From a bacterium (GTDB taxonomy: Bacteria > Patescibacteriota > Saccharimonadia > CAILAD01 > JADZBC01), in the NCBI GenBank assembly GCA_020852295.1, contig JADZBC010000016.1, positions 294-64,293 of the forward strand: 64,000 nucleotides of DNA. The letters run 5' to 3'. A program made the translations under genes and the position numbers. Positions 1 to 9,753 of this stretch are shown one piece after another. The notes below the pieces were generated by a model. The model made no database searches and was not told the DNA's origin. It saw nothing but the letters and a program-made list of their open reading frames with translations. Positions within the stretch are counted from its first letter, which is position 1, and the number at the start of each line of letters is the position of its first letter.

Positions 1-3000
1 TCATCAGATGGGTCTCTCGCGACAGCCCATCTTATTGCCTTTAACCAAGTCAGTAACCCAAACTTACGGGTTAGCGCAGATGGAAATTTCATCTACGTCG
101 CAGATGCCTACAATTTATACAAATATGATGTCGCACAGGATGCCACAAATTCAGTGGGAGTGTCGGCTCAAACTAGGTTGAATATTGCCGACTCACGCAC
201 GGCTCGTGATCAGATGTCGCTGAACCCGGCCGAAACACGACTCTACCTCGGTGGTGGCGACAAGATTGAGATATTTGATGTCACTTCAAACACTCCAGTA
301 TCTCTCGGCCACATGGACAGCGCTGCAGCCAATCCACGCCATGATCTTGTGTTTAGTGCCGACGGTAAACGGGCCTTTATGGCCTACGCTGCGCCGGTCA
401 ATAGTCAGCCGGGCATCGTCGTGGCGGAGTTTGATACTCAAAATAATCTCCCAATGGGCGTACTGAACGTCGACAAAAATCCTCTCACCGGAGCCGGCCT
501 AGTCCTATCCAATAACGTCACCGTTGTGGAATCAGCTACAGTTTCTTTCGACGTCAATCAACCAGTTATCTACGATACGAATGGTAGCTTTGAGTTCATC
601 AAGAACAATCCAACTACTCAAGATGTTGCAACCCGCTACGCCCTCGGCGCCCTGTCAATAAACGTGACTGGTGGCAATGTGCCAGATGGTATGACATTTG
701 GAATCTGTAATTACGGCCCCGAACAAAGACCCTGTTTCCAAGGTACTCCAGTCACGCCCGGAAGCTACACGTTTACTGCATCCATATCAGATGGCATCAC
801 GAACTCCGAGAAAGAATTCAATGTGACGATCAATAACGGCATCGAGTTTCTCAATCCAAACAACGAGTCACCCAACATCCAAACGACAACCGGCGTAACT
901 GGCCAGTCTTACTCGGCGACATTCAGTGTACGTCATCGAGTGGGTAACAGCACCATCTCCTTGATTAATGGCACCCTGCCCCCTGGTCTCAACTTCACCC
1001 AGGTTGATAATGACACGGCCACCATTACCGGGACGATTGACCAGAATCAGCCAATCGAAGGTGTATGTTTCACGTTACAAGCCACCGATGACTACAACTC
1101 AAACGAGCAGGGTTTCTGCATGAATATTGTCGCCACCCCATTGAGTATCACGACCGGTTCACTCCCTGATGGAACATTCACTACGCCATATAACCAAACT
1201 GTCTATACTGCTGGGGGCGATGCTCCGACAAGCTTTAGTGTCATAAGCGGTAGTCTACCAAGTGGGCTCGAACTCGACAGCGGCACTGGCGTGATATCTG
1301 GCACACCATCATCGCCGGGAACCTATACATTTACTATCCGCGCCACCGATCGTACGGGTAGTGTTGAGCAAGAGTACGTGCTGGTCATTCAAAGTGGGGT
1401 GAACAACAACGCCGAGATCACCACTACAAGTTTATCCCGTGGACGCATCAACATCCGCTACACCGGCGACTACGTGCAGCGTATTCAGGCCGCCAACTTC
1501 ACGGGCGACGTATCTTGGTCGGTGGTGACTGGAGACCTCCCGGCCGGTCTGAGTCTCTACCAAGATGGCAATGACGCCATCATCGACGGTACGCCAACCG
1601 AGTCGGGGATCTTTACCTTTACGGTCGCCGCGAGTGATGGCATCAATGACCGCACCAAAGAACTCAGTATCCGCATAGATCCAAACCCACCTGAGCCAGC
1701 TCGTACCTCTGTAACCATCACCTCACCGACCAACGGCGTCTCACTGGGTGGCCCAACCCAACTTGTCACCGGTACCGCCTCTCCGGCTGGATCAATCATC
1801 CAGCTCTCTATCGACAATGATAACCCGTTTGACGTCCAGGTGGGCGGCGACGGTAAGTGGAGCTTTGAGGCCAAAGGACTGACCTCGGGCCCCCACACCT
1901 TCCGCGCGAGCATCAAACAATCGGCCCGCGAGTACGCCTACGTACCAAACACCTATACTCACGACGTCAATATCATCAACACCGTCACCGATACCGTCGT
2001 CGGTACTATAAAAACACCAAACCCCAATCTGTTTACGGGAGGCGCCTGGGCAACCAAAGATGGTAAAACCGTCTACGTTGGAGGAGGTGACGTTCAGACT
2101 GATCCGGTATTCTCAATTTCCACCCTCATCTACGAGCTCGACACTGCGACCAACACATTTAAGCGTTCGATTCGGCTCGAAAATGATCAATTGAATTCAT
2201 TTGTGATCGACGCCAGCGACCGCTATGCCTACACCTCAACAATCGACACTACAAACGGCACAAAGAAACTCGTTAAGATCGACCTCAAAAATATGCAGAT
2301 CGTGAAAACTACTACCGTGCCATCGCTTGGTAACTACAGTCCCTATTTGCCGTTCGGCTACAGTGCACTGTCTGATGACGAATCAAAGCTCTTTATTCCT
2401 TACAGTGCAAGTAATTTTGTAAGTATCGTTGACACGAATACCCTCACCGTCATCGGCAGCACCGACATCGGCCGTCCATCCATCCAGTTGCAGGCACTTC
2501 CTGACGATAAGATCGTAGCTATGCCTTTCCTGGAGGTCCCTACTGCCAATCCAGTTATTACAATCCTCAACCAAAGTGGACAGGTCGCATCAACTGTTAC
2601 GACAGATACTCAGGGCACCCAGGTGCTTTATCTTGGTTCACTGCTTTCGTCGGATAACCAATACATCATCAATAGATTTTCAATACCGTCCGAAAATCTC
2701 AATGGTATTTCTATTGCGAACCCAACTACCCTATCTAACGTCGGCGTACTGACCGGGATCGGTTTTGGCTTTGGCATGTCAGCCACTGCGGACAGCCAGA
2801 AAGTCTATGTCGTAAATGGCAACCGCGACCCAGTAGGTGGTGGCTTTGGCTGGGGCTCAGTCGATGTCATAAAAAATCCAACCGGCATGTTGGTTGGTAG
2901 TAAATACCCCATCCAAGTCGGCCTATTCACCCAGGCACTCGGTAACTGGATCGCCAATATACCCGAAACCACCATTAGTACCTCAACGTCAGTCAATATC

Positions 3001-4551
3001 TATGGTGGCGTCAAGCCAAGCTCAGGTGGCACAACCGTCATCACACTCCCCGGCTTTAGGTTGCCAAATATTAGCTTGCCCAACATCAAGCCATTCAACC
3101 TACCGTCTTACAACTTCAATCCAAACCTCAATCTGCCAAACCTCGCTCCAATCACTGGCCTACCAACTGACAAAGTATCAGTGAGCAAAACCAACGCTGG
3201 AGTTCTCGATAACCTGCTTGGTACGCTCAAAACCAGTGTCAGCCTGGTACCTACCAAGGTCGCGCTTGCCTTCCCGTACCTGATGCTACTGGTACTTATC
3301 GTCATGATCTTGAGCCTGCTCGCACAGACCCGCGACGAGCTCGAGAAAGCCCGTGAGATCAAGCGCATCATTGCCAAGCGCAAGAGCCTCGAAGAAGAGC
3401 GTAATAACTTCATTAGCCTCATCTCGCACTACCTCAATACACCAATTAGTATGATGCAAGGTGGAGTTGATCTGATCGCCACCCTCCAGCGCGCACCAAA
3501 GAGCATGACTGATAGCCTGCAAAAAACGCTCAGCTCACTCGGTCAGAAGATCAAGAGCATGCTGACAAGCACTGCCCAAAGCAGCTTGGACAAGCCGGTC
3601 GATACGAAAAACCCTATCATGATCAAGCCATACAAGTCATTTGCGGTGATGGCGCCCGTAATACTCGTGGCCGTCTTCACTGCTGCGACCAACTGGCTGT
3701 TCAACGCTGCAGGGGTCGTCGATATCTCGATCATCAATATCTTCACCCAAATCATGGCCTTTGCCCTACTGATCCAGGCGCTTTTCTCTACATACAAGCA
3801 CCACGAAAATGCCAAGCACAACCTTGCCCTCGCCCAAGCCTCGCTCGACAACGAGGTGACCATGGCACAGGCTCGCCTCCACTTCCTGAGTGGCTCAGTC
3901 GAAGAACTCAAGACTGAAGTAGCCGGGCTGCGACGCAATCTCCCTGGGCTGGCTGCCGCGCCAAATGCCAAGGCCGTAAAAGATGGTTATGCCCGCCTCC
4001 AGAGTATTCTAAGCCGGCTGCAGCTTTTGACCGAAATCGAACAAGACAAGCATCGTGGCGAGATCAAGAGCTTCAATCTCCGCCGCGCCGTCGAGAACGT
4101 CATAAGTCAGTACAAACCACAGTTGGCCGCTCGCAATATCACCGTCGATATCGACGTCACCAAGTCGCTCTACATCAAGCAAGATCAGCAAATGCTCGAG
4201 CTAGTCATCAGCTCTCTGATCGATAATGCGATCAAATTTGTGCCAAAATCTGACGGCTACATCAAGATCGCCTCACGCGTCAACAAGGGTCGTATCAGCT
4301 TGACGGTCAGCGACAACGGCGCTGGTATCGCCAAGACCAAGCTCAAGCAGCTCTTTAAGCCATTCTCGCGAGCCGAAAGCGCCCTCCGCTTCAACTACGA
4401 AGGCCTTGGACTCAGTCTCTACCTCGACAAAGTCATCGTCGAAAAGCTCGGTGGAACTATCCAGATTGAATCAAGTAAAGGTAGTGGCACGACTGTCACC
4501 ATCGACCTTTCACCGCAACACAAACCAGTCAGCACGCCAAAAAAACGCTAA
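1..4551 (+). CDS. Giant membrane sensor histidine kinase, 5'-truncated at the window edge: large ectodomain, TM segments, C-terminal HisKA-like helix plus HATPase_c
   Basis: Frame 1 is open from nt 1, so the ORF continues upstream. N-terminal YVTN-type beta-propeller-like repeats (e.g. DGKRAFMAYAA, GKTVYVGGG, SDRYAYTSTID). Several putative-Ig-like repeats (GSLPSGL...GTPSSPGTYTFT). TM helix ALAFPYLMLLVLIVMILSLLA followed by an H-box-like SHYLNTPI, then two more TM helices. C-terminus has N-box DNAIKF, G1 DNGAGI and G2 GLGLSL of a HATPase_c domain. Confidence 0.75.
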   Translation, partial: SSDGSLATAHLIAFNQVSNPNLRVSADGNFIYVADAYNLYKYDVAQDATNSVGVSAQTRLNIADSRTARDQMSLNPAETRLYLGGGDKIEIFDVTSNTPVSLGHMDSAAANPRHDLVFSADGKRAFMAYAAPVNSQPGIVVAEFDTQNNLPMGVLNVDKNPLTGAGLVLSNNVTVVESATVSFDVNQPVIYDTNGSFEFIKNNPTTQDVATRYALGALSINVTGGNVPDGMTFGICNYGPEQRPCFQGTPVTPGSYTFTASISDGITNSEKEFNVTINNGIEFLNPNNESPNIQTTTGVTGQSYSATFSVRHRVGNSTISLINGTLPPGLNFTQVDNDTATITGTIDQNQPIEGVCFTLQATDDYNSNEQGFCMNIVATPLSITTGSLPDGTFTTPYNQTVYTAGGDAPTSFSVISGSLPSGLELDSGTGVISGTPSSPGTYTFTIRATDRTGSVEQEYVLVIQSGVNNNAEITTTSLSRGRINIRYTGDYVQRIQAANFTGDVSWSVVTGDLPAGLSLYQDGNDAIIDGTPTESGIFTFTVAASDGINDRTKELSIRIDPNPPEPARTSVTITSPTNGVSLGGPTQLVTGTASPAGSIIQLSIDNDNPFDVQVGGDGKWSFEAKGLTSGPHTFRASIKQSAREYAYVPNTYTHDVNIINTVTDTVVGTIKTPNPNLFTGGAWATKDGKTVYVGGGDVQTDPVFSISTLIYELDTATNTFKRSIRLENDQLNSFVIDASDRYAYTSTIDTTNGTKKLVKIDLKNMQIVKTTTVPSLGNYSPYLPFGYSALSDDESKLFIPYSASNFVSIVDTNTLTVIGSTDIGRPSIQLQALPDDKIVAMPFLEVPTANPVITILNQSGQVASTVTTDTQGTQVLYLGSLLSSDNQYIINRFSIPSENLNGISIANPTTLSNVGVLTGIGFGFGMSATADSQKVYVVNGNRDPVGGGFGWGSVDVIKNPTGMLVGSKYPIQVGLFTQALGNWIANIPETTISTSTSVNIYGGVKPSSGGTTVITLPGFRLPNISLPNIKPFNLPSYNFNPNLNLPNLAPITGLPTDKVSVSKTNAGVLDNLLGTLKTSVSLVPTKVALAFPYLMLLVLIVMILSLLAQTRDELEKAREIKRIIAKRKSLEEERNNFISLISHYLNTPISMMQGGVDLIATLQRAPKSMTDSLQKTLSSLGQKIKSMLTSTAQSSLDKPVDTKNPIMIKPYKSFAVMAPVILVAVFTAATNWLFNAAGVVDISIINIFTQIMAFALLIQALFSTYKHHENAKHNLALAQASLDNEVTMAQARLHFLSGSVEELKTEVAGLRRNLPGLAAAPNAKAVKDGYARLQSILSRLQLLTEIEQDKHRGEIKSFNLRRAVENVISQYKPQLAARNITVDIDVTKSLYIKQDQQMLELVISSLIDNAIKFVPKSDGYIKIASRVNKGRISLTVSDNGAGIAKTKLKQLFKPFSRAESALRFNYEGLGLSLYLDKVIVEKLGGTIQIESSKGSGTTVTIDLSPQHKPVSTPKKR

Positions 4552-4773
4552 CTATTGCTGCGCTATCTGATCGGCGCGCTGAATTGCGTCAACATAAATT
4601 GTGCGAACTTGATCTACTTTTTGTAGAGCCCTGTCAGTATTCGACTTTAAGTATTGTGCGTAACCACAGATAACCACAAGTACGATAACGAGCTTTATTT
4701 TCCAGGCCATCGCCTTCCCCACGTATACGCAACTATCCTAGGACCGACGGCAAACTTATGCAAGCATAGCTAG

Positions 4774-6207
4774 TTATGATTCGATCGGCAGACTCGATTG
4801 GGCCGAGCGTTCGAACTCAATCCGCTTCACTTCAGCAGCACGCTCTGCCAAATCGATTGGGTATTCCCCCGTAAAACAAGCCAAGCAAAGCGACTCGGCG
4901 GGCCGATCAATGGCGCCGAGCATGCCTTCGATCGACATATACCCCAGACTGTCAGCTCCGATCTCGGCTGCAACTTGCTGGGTCGAATGCAAACGCCCAG
5001 CGATGAGCTTGGTCTGATCAGGTGTATTGATGCCGTAGAAATCAGGATACAGCACTGGGGGTGAACTCACTCGGACATGAACCTCACGCGCGCCCGCCTC
5101 GCGCACCATCGCTACAATCTGTTTTGTGGTTGTACCACGCACGATCGAATCATCCACCAGGACGACCCGGCGATCTTTAACCACCTCAGGTAGTGGGTTG
5201 AGCTTCATCTGAACCGCCCGTTCGCGCAATTGCTGACCAGGGCTAATGAAGGTTCGGTGGATGTAGCGATTCTTGATAAGGCCATGGTCAAACTCGATAT
5301 TGAGCGCCTCGGCATAACCCAATGCCGCCGGAATCGAGGAATCAGGTACCGGAATCACAACATCGGCCTCAACCGGCTCTTCAAGCGCCAGAGTGTGTCC
5401 AAGCCGGCGACGGACTTCATTGACGCGCTGTCCCTGAAGTAAGCTATCTGGGCGCGCGAAGTAAATATATTCAAAAATCTCGAGCTTTTCTTTCGCTGGA
5501 CGAACGATGGTACTCGTCAGCTCGCCATCAATTATCTCGATAAGCTCTCCAGGCAGCACATCGCGCTCAAATTGAGCGCCAATAATATCAAAGGCACAGG
5601 TTTCGGACGCCACCACATAGCCTCCATCGGCTAGTCGCCCAATCGAGAGTGGCCGAATGCCATGTTCATCCCGAAAAGCGATCAAGCTATCACGAGTCAG
5701 CAGCACACAAGAAAAAGCGCCGGTAAATAGTGGCCAGACTTCACGTACTGCTTCGTGCGTGGTTTTTCCATGGTAGCGCCAGTATCGGATTGCATCCGCC
5801 ATCATCTCCGTGTCATTGCTGCCACGCTTGAAGACTTTGCGCTCCATAAGATAGTTTTTGAGTGCCTTCGTCGAAGGAATATTGCCATTGTGTGCCAGCG
5901 CAATCAGGTCGTCACTGCGCAAAACCGGCTGTACATGTGCATCATGCGCAGCGCCAGATGTTGCATATCGGTTGTGCCCAACGGCCGCAAACCCTTTTAG
6001 CTGATCAAGCGTAGCATCACTATAGACCTGAGCCACGAGCCCTGGCCCAACATGAGAACGAAACTGTTCGCCATCGGTAACTACAATACCTGAACTCTCT
6101 TGGCCACGGTGCTGAAGCGCAGATAGGCCATAGTAAGTAAGACGCGCCACATCTGATTTTGGCGCGTAAACTGCAAACACCGCACATTTTTCTGTGAGTT
6201 CACCCAT
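4774..6207 (-). CDS. purF: Amidophosphoribosyltransferase (glutamine-PRPP amidotransferase), class-II Ntn amidotransferase plus PRTase domain
   Basis: PRPP-binding motif VVLVDDSIVRGTT. N-terminal MGELTEKCAVF carries the Cys that would be exposed by a short propeptide. C-terminal CLACF cysteines as in Fe-S PurF. The ORF-track N-terminal extension (to 6321) overlaps tRNA-Pro, so I place the start at the ATG at 6207. Confidence 0.7.
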   Translation of the reverse strand: MGELTEKCAVFAVYAPKSDVARLTYYGLSALQHRGQESSGIVVTDGEQFRSHVGPGLVAQVYSDATLDQLKGFAAVGHNRYATSGAAHDAHVQPVLRSDDLIALAHNGNIPSTKALKNYLMERKVFKRGSNDTEMMADAIRYWRYHGKTTHEAVREVWPLFTGAFSCVLLTRDSLIAFRDEHGIRPLSIGRLADGGYVVASETCAFDIIGAQFERDVLPGELIEIIDGELTSTIVRPAKEKLEIFEYIYFARPDSLLQGQRVNEVRRRLGHTLALEEPVEADVVIPVPDSSIPAALGYAEALNIEFDHGLIKNRYIHRTFISPGQQLRERAVQMKLNPLPEVVKDRRVVLVDDSIVRGTTTKQIVAMVREAGAREVHVRVSSPPVLYPDFYGINTPDQTKLIAGRLHSTQQVAAEIGADSLGYMSIEGMLGAIDRPAESLCLACFTGEYPIDLAERAAEVKRIEFERSAQSSLPIES

Positions 6208-6251
6208 TAGCTTTAGTGTACTACGATCTTGGGATTGAATATAGATGAGAT

Positions 6252-6327
6252 TGGTCAGGGTGACAGGACTTGAACCTGCGACCTCACGGCCCCCAGCCGT
6301 ACGCGCTACCAGCTGCGCCACACCCTG
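6252..6327 (-). tRNA. tRNA-Pro (anticodon GGG), CCA encoded
   Basis: Hand-folded cloverleaf: 7-bp acceptor CAGGGTG/CACCCTG, D-stem GCGC/GCGC, anticodon stem TACGG/CCGTG, loop CTGGGGG with G37, T-loop TTCAAGT; total 76 nt. Confidence 0.8.
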
Positions 6328-6409
6328 ATAAAGATATTGTACTATGTTTCTCGATCAAAAATAGCTTTCAACTTTACATGATTGTCATGCTAAGGCATAA
6401 TACTTATGT

Positions 6410-6952
6410 ATGTTTAAGGTTGTTAAATCGCTGGAAGCACTCGAGATAGTGGGCCAAAAGAACGTCAGCTCACTCTCTGAGTTGGTGGACCACAAGCAGC
6501 TTCGATCGGTCTTTGCCACCAGCTCCGCTGGGGCGACCCGCCGTCGCATCATTGATACAATGGCAATTCTGTCGCGGCAGGGCTTTGTCTCGGTTGGCCA
6601 GCTCGACGGCGAAAAGATCTATAAGCTCTCAGCCAAAGGCAAAAAACATCTAGCCACATATAGTATCCTCAAGACGGGTGTGGTTCGGCCCGCTCGCTGG
6701 GATGGTAACTGGTACCTGGTCACGTTTGATATTCCGGAGCGCCAGAAGGTTGCCCGCAATAGTCTTATCAGTCATCTGAAAAATCAGGGTTTTATCAATT
6801 ACACCAAGGGTATCTGGATTCTTCCGTATAATCCGAAACGTTTCTTGACTGATCTCGCCCAGCATCTCGGTCTTACGTCCCAGATCAAGCTTATTGAAGC
6901 CCGCAAAATCGACGACGAGGCAAGATATAAGCGTCACTTCCGGCTCAAATAA
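6410..6952 (+). CDS. Hypothetical protein: N-terminal wHTH-like region and C-terminal Cas2/VapD-like or PaaX-like segment
   Basis: C-terminal segment WYLVTFDIPERQKVARNSLISHLKNQGFINYTKGIWILP follows the Cas2/PaaX_C-like pattern (hydrophobic-x-YDI...R...L...G...Q.SV). No Cas1 or CRISPR array nearby. Confidence 0.35.
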   Translation: MFKVVKSLEALEIVGQKNVSSLSELVDHKQLRSVFATSSAGATRRRIIDTMAILSRQGFVSVGQLDGEKIYKLSAKGKKHLATYSILKTGVVRPARWDGNWYLVTFDIPERQKVARNSLISHLKNQGFINYTKGIWILPYNPKRFLTDLAQHLGLTSQIKLIEARKIDDEARYKRHFRLK

Positions 6953-7161
6953 AAAACAGGCACCTTGGGCGCCTGAGAATGAATATAATGCCGGCTCCGC
7001 TCAAGAACCGCGTTCGTCACAACTCTTCCTGGACCACGCCAGGTGGGTGTCCGCAGCATGCACGCCTATAGCGAGCAGCAATCTAGGTCTCCCAAAATGA
7101 TACTTAAGCAGAAAAGTTGCGACGTTAAAGTGCGAGAGCAGCAGAGCTTACGCTCAGTATA

Positions 7162-7797
7162 TCATAAAATACCGCGACCCAGCAGGAGTGAGGCAAGGCC
7201 ACCAATGATACCCCCGAGGACTGGCTGCAAGAAGCTATAGAACAAGAAGAAGATGAAAAATACGCCGATTAGTCCGGTTGATTCAAACCGATCCATAGCA
7301 TCGGCCAGCGGATCGGGCGCAATTGCATAAATCAGCCGTGAACCGTCCAGGGGTGGGATCGGGATCATGTTAAAAACAAAAAAGCCCAGGTTAATCAGTA
7401 CGAAACCGACCAATATCTCATAGCCGAGCCCCGTGATTGCGAAGACACGCAGATAGATTGCCACAAACGCCGCCATCAAGAAGTTACTCAGCGGACCAGC
7501 AAACGCCACCATCGCAGCTCCGAATTTGCCGTATTTGACCGCATACGGGTTGAATGGTACTGGCTTAGCGGCTCCGAACACAATTGGTGAGCCAACCAGG
7601 ATGAGGATAATCGGCAACAGGAGTGTCAGGAAGGGATCAATGTGCGCCATCGGATTAAGCGTCAGTCTACCCTCTCGCTTCGCGGTCACATCTCCAAGGG
7701 CATGGCCTGCCCAAGCATGGGAAAACTCGTGAACCGTGATCACGATACCGACGATTCCGATATAAGCTAGGATGCTAATGAGGTTAAGATTTGCCAT
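7162..7797 (-). CDS. Site-2 protease family (M50) zinc metalloprotease, multi-pass membrane
   Basis: HEFSH (HExxH) motif inside the first TM region; several hydrophobic helices; size typical of short M50 proteases. Confidence 0.7.
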   Translation of the reverse strand: MANLNLISILAYIGIVGIVITVHEFSHAWAGHALGDVTAKREGRLTLNPMAHIDPFLTLLLPIILILVGSPIVFGAAKPVPFNPYAVKYGKFGAAMVAFAGPLSNFLMAAFVAIYLRVFAITGLGYEILVGFVLINLGFFVFNMIPIPPLDGSRLIYAIAPDPLADAMDRFESTGLIGVFFIFFLFYSFLQPVLGGIIGGLASLLLGRGIL

Positions 7798-7841
7798 GGC
7801 CCTATTCTAGCCTATTTCCAGTCCTCTCACCAGTCGAACAG

Positions 7842-7870
7842 TTGCACTTATCAGGATAAAATGCTATGAT
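7842..7870 (+). promoter_or_regulatory. Sigma70-like promoter upstream of rpmB
   Basis: TTGCAC, 17-nt spacer, TATGAT, lying 32 nt upstream of the rpmB ATG. Confidence 0.45.
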
Positions 7871-7901
7871 AACGCAGTTATATCACTAGGGTAAAAATAT
7901 T

Positions 7902-8123
7902 ATGTCTCACAAATGTGATCTTACAGGTAAAGGCAAGCAGTTCGGCTCAAACGTCAGCCACTCGATGCGCCACACCAAGAAAGTGTGGAAGCCAAACCTG
8001 CAAACCAAAACTCTCATCATCGATGGCCAGGCTGTACGTCTCAAGTTGGCCGCTTCGACGATCCGAACACTGAAGAAATATCAGGCACAAGAAGCTGCCC
8101 GCGCTGAAAAAGCTCAGGCGTAG
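7902..8123 (+). CDS. rpmB: 50S ribosomal protein L28
   Basis: MSHKCDLTGKGKQFGSNVSHSMRHTKKVWKPNLQ matches the L28 N-terminal signature; 73 aa. Confidence 0.85.
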   Translation: MSHKCDLTGKGKQFGSNVSHSMRHTKKVWKPNLQTKTLIIDGQAVRLKLAASTIRTLKKYQAQEAARAEKAQA

Positions 8124-8137
8124 ATAGCTCTCGCCTC

Positions 8138-8668
8138 TTACTGAAGAACTGTCAGGACCGTATCGTCCGGCAGTTCTTTTTTGGTGACTTTTAACTTTTC
8201 GACTGGCTCGACGGTGACACCCATATCTTTAGCGAGCGCAGCGAGCGCGGCGTCGTCGAAATTCATCGGGATTACTATAGAAGGCTCTATAGCTGCAATC
8301 TGCTTCGTAATATCGTCCGTCTTGAGCTTATCAAGGCTAATGACCAGTACATCGATCGCACCAAGCTGCTCCACCTGCTGATCGGTCAACGGGCTTTCGA
8401 GATCACCCAAAATACCAAGCTTAAGATCATCAACTGAGATTTGATACGCCGTATTTGAAGCGCTGGTCACGACACCAGTCACCATGCAGCTTTTGACTTC
8501 ATACTCACCTGGCCCATCAAAAACAACTTCGCCATCAGCAGCCTGGCCGGTCATTGCTTGGCTTAGTAGTCGCAGATCGACTTTGCTTTTTTGCTTATCG
8601 CCGTAAGCGATGGTGAGCTGTTTTGTATTAAATTTAAAGTTGTCGGGAGAAGTAAATGTAATATCCAT
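8138..8668 (-). CDS. Hypothetical protein
   Basis: 176-aa ORF with coding-like composition and no recognisable catalytic motif; lies between rpmB and the AI-2E transporter. Confidence 0.4.
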   Translation of the reverse strand: MDITFTSPDNFKFNTKQLTIAYGDKQKSKVDLRLLSQAMTGQAADGEVVFDGPGEYEVKSCMVTGVVTSASNTAYQISVDDLKLGILGDLESPLTDQQVEQLGAIDVLVISLDKLKTDDITKQIAAIEPSIVIPMNFDDAALAALAKDMGVTVEPVEKLKVTKKELPDDTVLTVLQ

Positions 8669-8691
8669 AGCTTGTTTATTGTAGCAAACTA

Positions 8692-9753
8692 TCAGGTGTT
8701 TCGCGAGCTATCTACCGGAGTAGCACGCAACCTTGGGTGGTTTGCAATAACATCCTCGGCGACCACAGCGATTACTGCTGCAACTGGAGCTGCTAGAAGC
8801 ACCCCGATAAATCCAAGCAGCTTGCCACCAACTAATACTGCTGTGAATATTACAATAGGTGGTACGCCAAGCGCGCGTTTCATAACTTGCGGCGTTATGA
8901 TATTACCCTGGAACTGCTGCATGAGCAGATAACCGAGTGCAACCAGGGCGGCTTGCGTCGGGGAACCTGTCGTAAATGCAACGAGCACGGCGGGTAATGC
9001 ACCGAGGTAGGCTCCAAGCAGTGGCACTAACTCCATAATGCCTGCGATGAGCGCTAACGTAAGCGCGTAGTCCACACCAAGCACCGTCAGGATGATCAAA
9101 GAGAGAATGAAAATTGATAATGACAGCAGTGCCTGGCCCCGAAGCCACCCCCCGAGCCTTGAGGATATGCGTAATCCCAAATCGACGATACGTTTCTGTA
9201 GGCTTTTGTCTGGAACGAGCTCAACGACACTCATGCCGAGTTTTTTTCCGCCAATGAGCATATAGAAGGTCAGTACAAGAAAAGTCAAAAAGCCAAATAT
9301 ACTGCCGAACACACCGAAGGTCAGTGAGAGGGCTTGGGTGTTGTACTGATCACCAATGTTGGTTGCTGCCCGACCAACCCGTCGCCAGATGTCCTCCAGC
9401 ACCGGCTGCCCGGTTATGGTTTGTTGAATGCGCGCTTGATAGGTCGGAATATTCTGCGAGATTGTATTGATTTGCGCCGTCACTGCTGGCACAAGCAAGT
9501 AAACTGCCAGGCCGATCAGCGAAATAAAGGCGAGATAGATTGATACAATCGCCAGCCAGCGTGGAACGCCGAGGCGGCTGATTGCCTTGACGGATGGATC
9601 AAGTGCGGCCGCCACGATCATACAGAGAAACAGCAGCACCAAGATATCAGCTACCTGCCAAGCGAGCCAGATTGCGCCTAGGAAAAGAAAAAGATACGCG
9701 AAGCTTGATGCCGAGATTCGTATTGTAGTTGTAGAATTTGACTGGTTAGTCAC
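8692..9753 (-). CDS. AI-2E family (PerM/UPF0118) membrane transporter
   Basis: About eight TM helices and the characteristic MELVPLLGAYLGALPAVLVAF segment. Confidence 0.7.
   Translation of the reverse strand: MTNQSNSTTTIRISASSFAYLFLFLGAIWLAWQVADILVLLFLCMIVAAALDPSVKAISRLGVPRWLAIVSIYLAFISLIGLAVYLLVPAVTAQINTISQNIPTYQARIQQTITGQPVLEDIWRRVGRAATNIGDQYNTQALSLTFGVFGSIFGFLTFLVLTFYMLIGGKKLGMSVVELVPDKSLQKRIVDLGLRISSRLGGWLRGQALLSLSIFILSLIILTVLGVDYALTLALIAGIMELVPLLGAYLGALPAVLVAFTTGSPTQAALVALGYLLMQQFQGNIITPQVMKRALGVPPIVIFTAVLVGGKLLGFIGVLLAAPVAAVIAVVAEDVIANHPRLRATPVDSSRNT

Noticed and set aside
4650-4680. Short tandem repeat ATAACCACAG / ATAACCACAAG in the convergent intergenic region
   Set aside because: It has only two imperfect copies with no spacers or further repeats, so it is not a CRISPR or other repeat array.
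6208-6321. N-terminal extension of the purF ORF in the ORF track
   Set aside because: It reads through tRNA-Pro on the same strand. The class-II amidotransferase needs an N-terminal Cys after processing, which fits the internal start MGELTEKC at 6207.
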